From the NCBI GenBank assembly GCA_902578495.1, contig CACHCY010000003.1:32337-96336 (forward strand): 64,000 bases of DNA, given 5' to 3'. The number at the start of each line of letters is the position of its first letter. The first letter of the stretch is position 1. Positions 41,169 to 50,377 of this stretch are shown piece after piece. This DNA is from an uncultured SAR86 cluster bacterium (GTDB lineage Bacteria; Pseudomonadota; Gammaproteobacteria; Magnimaribacterales; AG-339-G14). The notes beneath the pieces are model-generated. The model was not told the origin of the DNA. It did no database searches and saw only the letters and a program-made list of their open reading frames with translations. A program made the translations under genes and the position numbers.

Positions 41169-42937
41169 AACCAAAATATCAGAAGCAGTGGGGTTGAGAT
41201 AGCTATTATGAGTAATTCTAAAGGCAGACCTAATTTCCAGTAATCTCCAAACTTATAATTACCTGGTCCCATTACTAAAGTATTGCATTGGTGTCCAATG
41301 GGAGACAAGAAAGCGCAACTTGCACCTATAGCAACACACATCAAAAATGGTTCAGAGGGATAACCAAGCTGATCTGCAATAGTAACTGATATGGGCCCCA
41401 TAATAACTGCAGTAGCTGCATTGTTAATAACATCTGATAAACACATTGTTGCTACCATTAAAATGACTAGGGTCCCGACTAGACCAAATTGAATTGATTG
41501 GGCCGCTATTGCTGTAGCTAATATATTTGTTAGACCGCTTTCATATAAAGCATCTCCTATAGGAATCATGGCGCCAAGCAACACAATAACAGGCCACTCA
41601 ATATGACGATAAAGCATGTTTGGTTTTAGTAGTTTAGATGCTACAAATGCTAATACACATAATAAGAATGCTATGACTACATTTAAAAAGTTTGTGATAA
41701 CTAGAAGAAGACTAAAAGAAAATAATCCAAGAGAAAGTAAGACTTTAGAATCATCCTTTATTACATCTAACTCTCTTTGCCAGAGAGGCATTAAACCAAG
41801 ATCTTGCATTTTCTCACTAGTATCTTTTTGCTCTTCTCTTGAAGCAATTAACAATACATCTCCAGCTTTAAAATGCTCGTTTGAAAGACTTCCTTGAAAA
41901 TTTGTACCTTTTCTCCACAGACCAAGAACTGCCATTTGTCTACCAACCATATTTGAAAAATAGCTTATAGTTCTTCCAATTAATCTTGAACCCGGAGAAA
42001 TCATAGTTTCAATTTCACCGAAACTACCCGAATCAAGATCTTTAATTTCAGTTCTTAGGGATAGACCGTACTTATCCTGAAGTCCAGATACTTCCTCAGG
42101 ATTGATTTTTAAAAGTAAAATTTGAGATTCTTTTAATTCCTCAAAATTACTTAAAATCTCTCTGGCATCAGAGGTTTCATTTACCGATCCTATTAGTACT
42201 ATATCTGAACCTAACTCTTTCCTAAATTCTTGAGTTCTTTTACCTATAAGATCGCTATTCTTATTAATGACAAGTTCAACTAAATATTCATTAATATCAA
42301 CTAAAGATGACGAATCAATTTCTCCAGATCTATTTTTTACAAGAATGAAACCTAGCAGCGCAATGAAAATCACGCCTCCAATGCTCACAGGCAGCCCAGC
42401 ATAAGCAAAGTCAAAGAATTCAAATCCCTGATCTGAATATTGGTCTCTAAATTCAGAAATAATAATATTTGGTGGAGTTCCTATTTTTGTATTCATTCCC
42501 CCAAGAATTGATGCAAAAGCTAAGGGCATCAGAAATTTGGAAGGGGACCAGCTCATTTTTTGGCATATACCTAAAGTTACAGGTAACAACATGGCCATAG
42601 CACCAATATTATTCATAAAAGAAGATAAAATAACCGCAATACCCATCAAAATAACCAAGAACTGAAATTCGGTGTTAGCAATCTTTTGCAACAGATTACC
42701 AATTTTTCCAATCAATCCTGATGCTTCTAGACCTTTACTAATAAGTAAAACAAGCGCAACTGTAATAACTGCGGGATGACCAAAACCCACAAATGCCTCT
42801 TTGGCTGGAACAAAACCAAGAACAACTAAAATTGCAAGACTTGTCAATGCTACTGCATCGTAGCGAAATCTGCCCCAAATAAACATAGCAACCATAACTA
42901 AGAGTATGGCTGATAGGATGATTTGATTGGTTTCCAT
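41165..42937 (-). CDS. SLC13/CitMHS-family permease with TrkA-C domains
   Basis: GFGHPAVITV, SFMNNIG, TKIGTPPN, INNAATA, FLSPIGHQCNTLVMGPGNYKFGDY. Confidence 0.88.
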   Translation of the reverse strand: METNQIILSAILLVMVAMFIWGRFRYDAVALTSLAILVVLGFVPAKEAFVGFGHPAVITVALVLLISKGLEASGLIGKIGNLLQKIANTEFQFLVILMGIAVILSSFMNNIGAMAMLLPVTLGICQKMSWSPSKFLMPLAFASILGGMNTKIGTPPNIIISEFRDQYSDQGFEFFDFAYAGLPVSIGGVIFIALLGFILVKNRSGEIDSSSLVDINEYLVELVINKNSDLIGKRTQEFRKELGSDIVLIGSVNETSDAREILSNFEELKESQILLLKINPEEVSGLQDKYGLSLRTEIKDLDSGSFGEIETMISPGSRLIGRTISYFSNMVGRQMAVLGLWRKGTNFQGSLSNEHFKAGDVLLIASREEQKDTSEKMQDLGLMPLWQRELDVIKDDSKVLLSLGLFSFSLLLVITNFLNVVIAFLLCVLAFVASKLLKPNMLYRHIEWPVIVLLGAMIPIGDALYESGLTNILATAIAAQSIQFGLVGTLVILMVATMCLSDVINNAATAVIMGPISVTIADQLGYPSEPFLMCVAIGASCAFLSPIGHQCNTLVMGPGNYKFGDYWKLGLPLELLIIAISTPLLLIFWF

Positions 42938-43085
42938 AAAAAAAGAGCTGTTACTTTACATTAAGTTATTTCAATTGACATAGTAGATTTCTTTTTTTTT
43001 AAAAAAACTAATCAATCGTATATAAATTAAGGCTTTTTAACCGCAAATATAGTAAAATCAAATAACAAAATAAGTTTTTCTTAGT

Positions 43086-43114
43086 TTGACTAAGTGTCAT
43101 TTTGACAATAAAAT
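43086..43114 (+). promoter_or_regulatory. Sigma70-type promoter with a palindrome in the spacer
   Basis: TTGACT-N17-TAAAAT; TGTCA-TTT-TGACA at 43095-43107. Confidence 0.55.
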
Positions 43115-43171
43115 TCTTCTTTTTCTTAATTATGAGAAAAAATATGGGAAAAAACTTCATGGAGTGGGTTT

Positions 43172-43648
43172 ATGAAGAGAATAAACATGAAAAAATTTAA
43201 CAAAGTATTGATCCTTCCTTTGTTAGTTCTTGTTCTAGCAAATTGTGCTGGAACTAACGTTACAACTTATTCATCTGCATCAATTATGCTTGATGACTTT
43301 ATTGATCAAAACGGCGGTAAAGGTGAAGTTAATGATGAAACATTGCACTATGCTTTAGACATTCAAACTTTGTCTTGTTCTGAGATGCAAGCTAATAGAA
43401 TAAGAATCTCTAATTTAATCAATAATTTATCTGAAAAAGTAGTAGAAAATGCGAATAGAAGTACAAGTTATTCAACTTATGGATTAACAAAGCACGATCC
43501 TTTAATTGGTACTAGTTTTATCGGCATAAGCTCTGTAGGTTTAAATCCAGAAGTAACGGAATATAGAAAACTTAAATTAGTCTTAGAAGAACTTAACACT
43601 ACTTCTATCCTCAAGTGTACTCCACCTGAGGTAATGAGAACTCCGTAA
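43172..43648 (+). CDS. Hypothetical lipoprotein
   Basis: SD GGAG, LANC lipobox, two further Cys. Confidence 0.65.
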   Translation: MKRINMKKFNKVLILPLLVLVLANCAGTNVTTYSSASIMLDDFIDQNGGKGEVNDETLHYALDIQTLSCSEMQANRIRISNLINNLSEKVVENANRSTSYSTYGLTKHDPLIGTSFIGISSVGLNPEVTEYRKLKLVLEELNTTSILKCTPPEVMRTP

Positions 43649-43690
43649 ATATTTTCTAATTAACAAGACTTTATGGCTATATAATTAATT

Positions 43691-44632
43691 ATGGTCATTC
43701 GTCTTGCTTATTTTTTTAGTTTCTTATTTCTCTTTTTTTACGGAATTTTCGCTTTTCTAGGTATTAGTATTTCTCTTGAACCAGGAATGGAGGTTGGAGG
43801 AGTGTCTAGGTGGTGCGAAAGAGTAAGCGATAGTATTTTTAGAGAGCCTGTAAATACTCTTACAAACCTAGCTTTTATGGTAACTGGCTTGATTATGTTC
43901 CACGTTCTTAATAGAGATGAAGAACATATAAATACCTTTCATACTCTTACTCCTATTGCAATCCTATATGCCTCTGCTGCTATTTTTTTGGGTCCTGGAT
44001 CGTTTCTCATGCATGGAACACATACTGAATGGGGCGGTTGGGCAGATAACTTAAGTATGGTTATGTATATTGTCATCCCTTGGCTTTACAACTTCAAAGT
44101 TATGGCTAAATGGAGCGTTAGTACTTTTTTCAAAGTCTATTTAAGCATTATTGTTGCCTATGGATTTGGTAGATGGTTTTTAGGAGATGGAATGGGAATA
44201 GGCTTTAGTGTTTATGGTGTTTCTATAGGTGTATGGATAGTATCTGAATTCTTATTTAAATATTGGAGCCAAAGAATGAGGTTTTTATCTGGTTTTATGG
44301 GGTTCCTTGTTGCTGCAATATTTGGAATTTATCCACAAGAAATTTTTAGTAATCTTGATCAATATTGGTGGATTATATTTTTCTGGCTACCTGGGCTTGT
44401 TTGTAACACTAAACCTGATTACGAACGAAAGCATTTCCCATGGTTTTTTGTTGGAATGTCTTTATATATTTCAGCTTTTGTAATTTGGTTACAAGGCTAT
44501 CCAAATCAACCTTTATGTAACCCAGATTCCTTAATCCAGCCACATGGTATTTGGCATATATTATGTTCGTTAGCGACGTTAAGTTTCTTTGTTTTTTTGA
44601 GAACCGAACAAACAAAAAAAAGAGAGGCATAG
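43691..44632 (+). CDS. CREST-superfamily (alkaline ceramidase-like) membrane hydrolase
   Basis: WCE...REPVNTLTN, GSFLMH, DNLSM, HGIWH motifs; multiple TMs. Confidence 0.8.
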   Translation: MVIRLAYFFSFLFLFFYGIFAFLGISISLEPGMEVGGVSRWCERVSDSIFREPVNTLTNLAFMVTGLIMFHVLNRDEEHINTFHTLTPIAILYASAAIFLGPGSFLMHGTHTEWGGWADNLSMVMYIVIPWLYNFKVMAKWSVSTFFKVYLSIIVAYGFGRWFLGDGMGIGFSVYGVSIGVWIVSEFLFKYWSQRMRFLSGFMGFLVAAIFGIYPQEIFSNLDQYWWIIFFWLPGLVCNTKPDYERKHFPWFFVGMSLYISAFVIWLQGYPNQPLCNPDSLIQPHGIWHILCSLATLSFFVFLRTEQTKKREA

Positions 44633-44646
44633 ACCTCTCTTTTTTT
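44614..44646. terminator. Bidirectional terminator overlapping the ceramidase-like 3' end
   Basis: AAAAAAAAGAGAGG-CATAGA-CCTCTCTTTTTTT between convergent genes. Confidence 0.8.
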
Positions 44647-44653
44647 AATGAAA

Positions 44654-45364
44654 TTATCTTCTAGGCCAGGCTTTAACCGGAATTACCAAAGAAGTATTTA
44701 ATACTTCTCTCATTCCTTTTACTTTCCTTGAAAATTTTTCAAAAGCTTTTGAAGATGTTAGTTCCGTAGCTCCATCAGTTAAAGTTACAAAATCAGATGC
44801 TCCGATATAAACAAAATGAGTAAATTCATCGTTACCATATAGAACTCTGTTTAGTCCATAAGAGCTTGTAACAGATCCTGATTCAACATTGGATTCCATT
44901 AGTTCTGACCAAGCCTCAGCGTACTCTTCTTCGTTTTCTAGGCTCATTCTCATATCATATTTAGTGAAAGCACTATCAACAGTCCAATCATTGGCTTCAA
45001 TGATAGGGACAATTGCTAGGTCTGATACTGGGCTAGCCGAATTCATCAACGATCCAAGCATTGTGGCAGCTTCTGGACAGCTTTGAGTTAGTGCGCCTGC
45101 GTTTTGAAAATCTTCTCTAGTCATGTAAGAGGCAATAATAAAGTGCGTTGAATCACTTGCTCCATTTAGAGTTTCAGACATTAATCCTAAGTCGCCTGGA
45201 AATTTCTTACCGCAATCAGAAGCATGAAACTTATCCAAAGCTGAAATTACACCGGCTGGATTCGTTACATTCATATGATAGAAAACATGCATCACATGCC
45301 TTTCAGTTTGTGCAAAAATAAATCCAGATGAAATAAAAGTAATTAATATAAATAATTTTTTCAT
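44654..45364 (-). CDS. Unknown secreted protein, paralogue A
   Basis: Signal peptide, SD AAGGAG, motifs shared with 45384-46082 and 51346-52071. Confidence 0.8.
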   Translation of the reverse strand: MKKLFILITFISSGFIFAQTERHVMHVFYHMNVTNPAGVISALDKFHASDCGKKFPGDLGLMSETLNGASDSTHFIIASYMTREDFQNAGALTQSCPEAATMLGSLMNSASPVSDLAIVPIIEANDWTVDSAFTKYDMRMSLENEEEYAEAWSELMESNVESGSVTSSYGLNRVLYGNDEFTHFVYIGASDFVTLTDGATELTSSKAFEKFSRKVKGMREVLNTSLVIPVKAWPRR

Positions 45365-45383
45365 ATTTTCTCCTTAAAAATGA

Positions 45384-46082
45384 TTATTGTTGTGGCGCCC
45401 AATCTTTAACAACGCCAGACATATTTACTGCTTTAAGTTCTCTGATATTTGAAACTTTCTTTATAAAGTCGGTATATTCTTTAGTAGGAGTAACGTTACT
45501 CATGTATCCATCTAAATAAACATCTATATCTTTAAATCCACAATAAGCAAAATGAGTACCGTATCTTTCAACATTCATTCCAGGACCCATGGCAACCAAA
45601 GCCCAAGATCCAGCACATTGTTCGCCTGAACTCATCAGGCTTGAATAAGCCTTTGCATAGTTTGCAGGATCTTTTACATCCATTAAAAATACTTGAAATA
45701 CTTGATCAGCATTAGGATCTCCGTCACCCATTAAAGGCATTCCCATAAACTGATACGTTTGTTCAGATATCTCATTCATAGTATTGAGGAATTTTCCTGC
45801 TGCAGGGCAATTAGTCCAATTATTTGCCCACATTAAATAAGACATTTTATTAGGAAATGTAACAATAATTGTATGAGTAGTCTCCTCTGGTCCATTGAAA
45901 AGCTCCTGCATTAATCTGACAGAAGATGTTCCTGGACAGTTAGCATTTGAAAGACTATCCAAAGCAGAAACAACAGCCAGTGGATTGTCAGTTTTAATTC
46001 CAAAAAATGCTTGGAATGGTCTTTCTTGAGCTGCAACAAATGTTGAACCCATTAAAGCCACTATTAATAATATTTTTTTCAT
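45384..46082 (-). CDS. Unknown secreted protein, paralogue B
   Basis: Start moved to ATG 46082 (MKKILL, SD AGGAGA); signal peptide; paralogous motifs. Confidence 0.8.
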   Translation of the reverse strand: MKKILLIVALMGSTFVAAQERPFQAFFGIKTDNPLAVVSALDSLSNANCPGTSSVRLMQELFNGPEETTHTIIVTFPNKMSYLMWANNWTNCPAAGKFLNTMNEISEQTYQFMGMPLMGDGDPNADQVFQVFLMDVKDPANYAKAYSSLMSSGEQCAGSWALVAMGPGMNVERYGTHFAYCGFKDIDVYLDGYMSNVTPTKEYTDFIKKVSNIRELKAVNMSGVVKDWAPQQ

Positions 46083-46189
46083 AATATCTCCTATATTAGA
46101 ACTTTTAATATATATCATTAATAGAGCTAATGTAACGGAAAAAACACCAAAAATAGCGTAAATTGATTAATGTATGAGTTAGAAATCCA

Positions 46190-47215
46190 ATGAAAAATTT
46201 AATTTATTTAATTCCTTTATTTTTTTTATTTTCTATTTCTCTTTCTATACAATCAGGACAAATATCAAAGGTTAATGATATTGACATCTGGTGGGATTCA
46301 TTTGGAAAAGAATCTGATCCACCATTGCTTATGATCATGGGATTAAATGCTAATAGTCAACATTGGCCAAAAGAATTCATACAAGAATTAGTAGATAAGG
46401 ATCTATATGTCGTTATATATGACAACAGAGATACAGGTAAATCAACTTGGATAAATAATGAAAATTTTTTTGTAAAGTTAGTAAAAATTTCTCCAAATTT
46501 TATAAAAAAATGGTTCGTAGATTTAATTTTTGGATCAATGATTGATGAAAAGGGTAGATTTAATATTGAGGGATTGCCATCTTCCTATGATATTGAGGAT
46601 ATGTCTTCTGATGCTATAAATCTCATGAGAAGATTAGGTATTGATAAATTCCATATTCTTGGTGTGTCAATGGGCGGCATGATTGCTCAGCAAACTGCGA
46701 TTGATTATCCAGATAATATTATTTCTTTGACTTCTTGGATGTCATCGCCAGGTTTCAATGTTGAAGGTCTCAAAGGTCCAGAACCATTTTTTGTGGAAGC
46801 TATAAAACAATCAGCTTTATTAAACTTTCAAAATAAGCAAAGTGAGTCTATTTTGTATATTTACGAAAAACAAACCGGATCTAAATATAATTTTAATCAA
46901 GCAGAATATCAAAAAAGAGTGAACATGATCTTAAGTCATGGAGAGAATTCAAATTCAGGACATATGCTGGCAGTTGGTGCTTCTGAAAATAGATTAAATA
47001 CATTGCCTAAGATTAATATACCTACACTTGTAATTCACGGAACGGAAGATCCATTGATTCCTTTCGACCACGGTAAAAAAACTCATTTTTTAATTAATAA
47101 TTCAAAGTTTATACCTCTAGAGGGAGTTGGGCATGAATTTGTAAAAGATCAATATGGATTTATTACAACTGAGATTTATAATCACATAAGAAACGCAATA
47201 GGAGAAAAAAAATGA
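46190..47215 (+). CDS. Alpha/beta-fold hydrolase with signal peptide
   Basis: LMIMGL, YDNRDTGKS, GVSMGG, HGTEDPL, GVGH. Confidence 0.88.
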   Translation: MKNLIYLIPLFFLFSISLSIQSGQISKVNDIDIWWDSFGKESDPPLLMIMGLNANSQHWPKEFIQELVDKDLYVVIYDNRDTGKSTWINNENFFVKLVKISPNFIKKWFVDLIFGSMIDEKGRFNIEGLPSSYDIEDMSSDAINLMRRLGIDKFHILGVSMGGMIAQQTAIDYPDNIISLTSWMSSPGFNVEGLKGPEPFFVEAIKQSALLNFQNKQSESILYIYEKQTGSKYNFNQAEYQKRVNMILSHGENSNSGHMLAVGASENRLNTLPKINIPTLVIHGTEDPLIPFDHGKKTHFLINNSKFIPLEGVGHEFVKDQYGFITTEIYNHIRNAIGEKK

Positions 47216-48018
47216 GTGATGTACTGAAGGTAGATAATTTAAAGGAGGGTGTATCAATACTTACGCTAAATAGACCAGAGGTTCTTAATAGTTTAAACAA
47301 AGATCTCATAGATTCTTTGTTGGAAGCATTTGATGAAATCTATAAAGATAACTCTATAAGATCTGTAATAATTACTGGCGAAGGTAGAGGTTTTTGTAGT
47401 GGGGCAGATCTAGCTGGAGGAGGTTGGCCTAGTGATCCAAAATGGTCTCCAGGAGAGTCTACTGCTAATGCAATGGAGATAGGATTTAATCCTTTGGTAA
47501 GAAAAATTGTTAATTGCCCAAAACCTGTTGTAAATGCAATTAATGGTATTTCTGCTGGAGGGGGAGTTGGATTAGCTCTTTGTGGTGATTTGATAATTGC
47601 ATCAGAGTCCGCAAAATTCAAACTTGTTTTTGGGCCACAATTGGGAATTATTTCTGATGTTGGCGCTTCATGGCTAATTCCAAATTTACTTGGCAGAGCT
47701 AGAGCAAATGGAATGGCGCTATTAGGCGAAGATATAGATTCTAGTCAAGCATTAAACTGGGGTTTGGTCTGGGAGGTTGTCCCTGATAATGATTTAAAAG
47801 ATAAAGCAATTGAATATGCCAATAAACTTGCAGATGGATCAATTACTGGTTTAAAAGCTATTGTAAAAGCACATGATAATGCTCTAATAAGCACTCTTAA
47901 TGAGCAATTAGATTATGAAAGAGACACCCAAAGAGTTCTTTGTGACGGTGAAGTATTCAAAGAAGGGGTAACTGCATTCATTCAGAAAAGGAAACCAAAT
48001 TTTCGAGATATTGAATAA
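47212..48018 (+). CDS. Enoyl-CoA hydratase/isomerase (crotonase) family
   Basis: TLNRPEVLNSL, GRGFCSGADL, KPVVNAING.SAGGG, EGVTAF.QKRKPNF. Confidence 0.92.
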   Translation: MSDVLKVDNLKEGVSILTLNRPEVLNSLNKDLIDSLLEAFDEIYKDNSIRSVIITGEGRGFCSGADLAGGGWPSDPKWSPGESTANAMEIGFNPLVRKIVNCPKPVVNAINGISAGGGVGLALCGDLIIASESAKFKLVFGPQLGIISDVGASWLIPNLLGRARANGMALLGEDIDSSQALNWGLVWEVVPDNDLKDKAIEYANKLADGSITGLKAIVKAHDNALISTLNEQLDYERDTQRVLCDGEVFKEGVTAFIQKRKPNFRDIE

Positions 48019-48038
48019 TCCTCCTATAAAAATTTTCA

Positions 48039-48149
48039 ATGAAAGTAGTTTTTGATGTTCAGCATTTATACTATCTGCCTCAATATTTACCTGTTATAGA
48101 TGCTCTTAAAGAATTCACGAATGAGATAAAAAAAATTCAATTTATCTAA
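48039..48149 (+). pseudogene. 36-codon ORF, possible 5' remnant of a glycerophosphotransferase-like gene
   Basis: MKVVFDVQHLYYLPQYLPVIDALKEFTNEIKKIQFI* fills the gap and its stop overlaps the Anbu stop. Family resemblance is from memory only. Confidence 0.4.
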
Positions 48150-48883
48150 TCAGATTCTTCCCAATGGAACTTTGGTAATTTTCTCACACCCTTATCTATC
48201 TGTTCAGCCCAAATATCAGATAATTCTTTGAAAAAAGGGGAATCAAGTTTTAGTTGTTCTTGAAAATCTAAATTAATTTCATCTTTCTTGAAAACAACTA
48301 AATCTATAGGAGGACCTACTGTCAAATCTGATCTCATCGTAGAGTCTAAAGAAAGAAGTGCTACCCGTGCTGCATCGCCCAGTGAAATATTTTGATAAAT
48401 CATTCTATCGAGGATGGGTTTACCGTATTTTATCTCTCCAATTTGTAAATAAGGTTGATCATCTGACATATAAATAAAATTTCCTTCAGGATAGACAAGT
48501 AACAGGTTTGGATCCTGCCCTTTAATTTGTCCTCCAACTATAAAATAAGAACCAAGCAAGGCAGACCCTTGATTCAAGTTTTCTTGGGCCTTAGATTGAT
48601 ATTCAACGTTTAGTTCGCCGATATAAGTAGCAACTTCCTCTATATCTGCGCATGTATTTAAGCTTCTTTCTGCATTTTTGGATTCTAAATCTTTCTCAAT
48701 TCTGTGATAAACAGCTTGTGAGGTAGAAAGATTTCCAGATGTTAAGATTACAAAAGCTCTGTCGCCCACATTAAATGTAAACATTTTTGAGTATGTGCTT
48801 ATGTTATCAAGCCCTGCATTAGTTCTTGAATCTGAAGCAAATACTAATCCATCATTTATTTTTATTGCTAAACAATAGGTCAT
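48146..48883 (-). CDS. Anbu proteasome-type Ntn protease
   Basis: MTYC N-terminal Thr, SDSRTNAGLDNI, GNLSTSQ, QIGE.KYGKPILDR, STMRSDLTVG.P. Confidence 0.93.
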   Translation of the reverse strand: MTYCLAIKINDGLVFASDSRTNAGLDNISTYSKMFTFNVGDRAFVILTSGNLSTSQAVYHRIEKDLESKNAERSLNTCADIEEVATYIGELNVEYQSKAQENLNQGSALLGSYFIVGGQIKGQDPNLLLVYPEGNFIYMSDDQPYLQIGEIKYGKPILDRMIYQNISLGDAARVALLSLDSTMRSDLTVGPPIDLVVFKKDEINLDFQEQLKLDSPFFKELSDIWAEQIDKGVRKLPKFHWEESD

Positions 48884-48937
48884 TTTTAATCTAAATGGAT
48901 GATATATTCAAAAAATAGGAGATAAGTAAATAACAAG

Positions 48938-50377
48938 ATGAAACTTTCATGGTCTAAGTATGAGCTATCTAAATCGTACGATGAGTATATTACACCAAAG
49001 CGCACCGTTAGAGGTCACTTAAGAAAAATTGGAAATTTTTTTGAATCTCTTTCATTTAATGATCTGCAAGAACTTGATAGTGCAACAAAATCTGCCATTA
49101 AATCAATGGGTATTAATTTTCGAGTTTATTCAGATGAAGGTTCTGAAGAACGAACATGGCCTTTAGATTTTATTCCTAGAATTATAAAAAAGAGTGAGTG
49201 GAGTATTGTCGAAAAGGGACTAAAACAAAGAACTAAAGCACTCAATTATTTTATTGAGGATTGTTATAACGAACAAAGTTTTCTTAATTCTGGAGTCATC
49301 AATAAATCTTTAATAACAAAATCAAAATATTTTTTGAAATTTTGTAAAGGAATTAAATTACCTAATAAGTCTTGGGCTCATATATCTGGAAGCGATCTTA
49401 TAAAAGATATAAAAGGGGACTTTCATGTTCTAGAAGATAACTTGAGAGTTCCATCAGGAGTATCTTATATGCTTGAAAATAGATACGTCATGAAAAGAGT
49501 TTTTCCTGATTTATTTTCACATTATGGCGTTTCTAAGATAGACGAATATCCCACTAAACTATATGAATGCTTACAGGATGCATCATTATCCAAATTAAAA
49601 AGACCTGAAATTGTTCTACTTACACCTGGAATTTATAACTCGGCTTATTATGAACATTCATATCTCGCACAACAAATGGGGATAGACCTAGTCGAAGGTT
49701 CTGATTTAATCGTTAAGAAAAATATAGTTTATAAAAAAACAATTGAGGGGCTTCAAAAGGTTGATGTAATTTATAGAAGAATTGATGACGACTATCTTGA
49801 TCCAGAGGTAGGTAATCCATTTAGCGTTATTGGAGTAAAAGGATTGATTAGAGCTTGGAAAAGCAAAAATGTTTCCATTGTTAACGCACCAGGATGCGGA
49901 ATTGCAGACGATAAGGCTGTTTATTCCTATGTTCCAGAAATGATCAATTTCTTTCTGAAAGAAGAACCTATTCTTCCAAATATAAAAACTTTCATACTTT
50001 CAAATATAGAAGAAAGAGATTATGTTTTTGAAAATATTAAAAAAATGGTTACTAAACCTGTTGCTGAGTCAGGAGGGTATGGAATATCAATAGGTAAAAA
50101 CTTAAATGACAAAGAAATACTCAAATTAAAAAAATTACTAATGAAGGATCCTAAAAATTATGTTGCTCAACCACTTATAGATTTATCAACATCACCAACA
50201 TTTAGAAGAGATTCTTTATTTCCAAGACATTTGGATTTAAGACCGTTTATTCTGTCTGGGAAGCAAACCTACGTAACAGTTGGCGGCCTTACTAGAGTTG
50301 CACTTAAAAGAGGCTCAACTGTTGTAAATTCCTCTCAAGGCGGGGGAAGCAAAGATACTTGGATAGTAGATGCTTAA
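48938..50377 (+). CDS. Circularly permuted type 2 ATP-grasp protein
   Basis: PLDFIPR, VLEDNLRVPSGVSY, VIYRRIDDDYLDP, GGYG, VVNSSQGGGSKDTW. Confidence 0.93.
   Translation: MKLSWSKYELSKSYDEYITPKRTVRGHLRKIGNFFESLSFNDLQELDSATKSAIKSMGINFRVYSDEGSEERTWPLDFIPRIIKKSEWSIVEKGLKQRTKALNYFIEDCYNEQSFLNSGVINKSLITKSKYFLKFCKGIKLPNKSWAHISGSDLIKDIKGDFHVLEDNLRVPSGVSYMLENRYVMKRVFPDLFSHYGVSKIDEYPTKLYECLQDASLSKLKRPEIVLLTPGIYNSAYYEHSYLAQQMGIDLVEGSDLIVKKNIVYKKTIEGLQKVDVIYRRIDDDYLDPEVGNPFSVIGVKGLIRAWKSKNVSIVNAPGCGIADDKAVYSYVPEMINFFLKEEPILPNIKTFILSNIEERDYVFENIKKMVTKPVAESGGYGISIGKNLNDKEILKLKKLLMKDPKNYVAQPLIDLSTSPTFRRDSLFPRHLDLRPFILSGKQTYVTVGGLTRVALKRGSTVVNSSQGGGSKDTWIVDA

Noticed and set aside
43132-43200. 22-codon upstream ORF (MRKNMGKNFMEWVYEENKHEKI) overlapping the lipoprotein start
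   Set aside because: No attenuator structure or codon run; compatible with chance.
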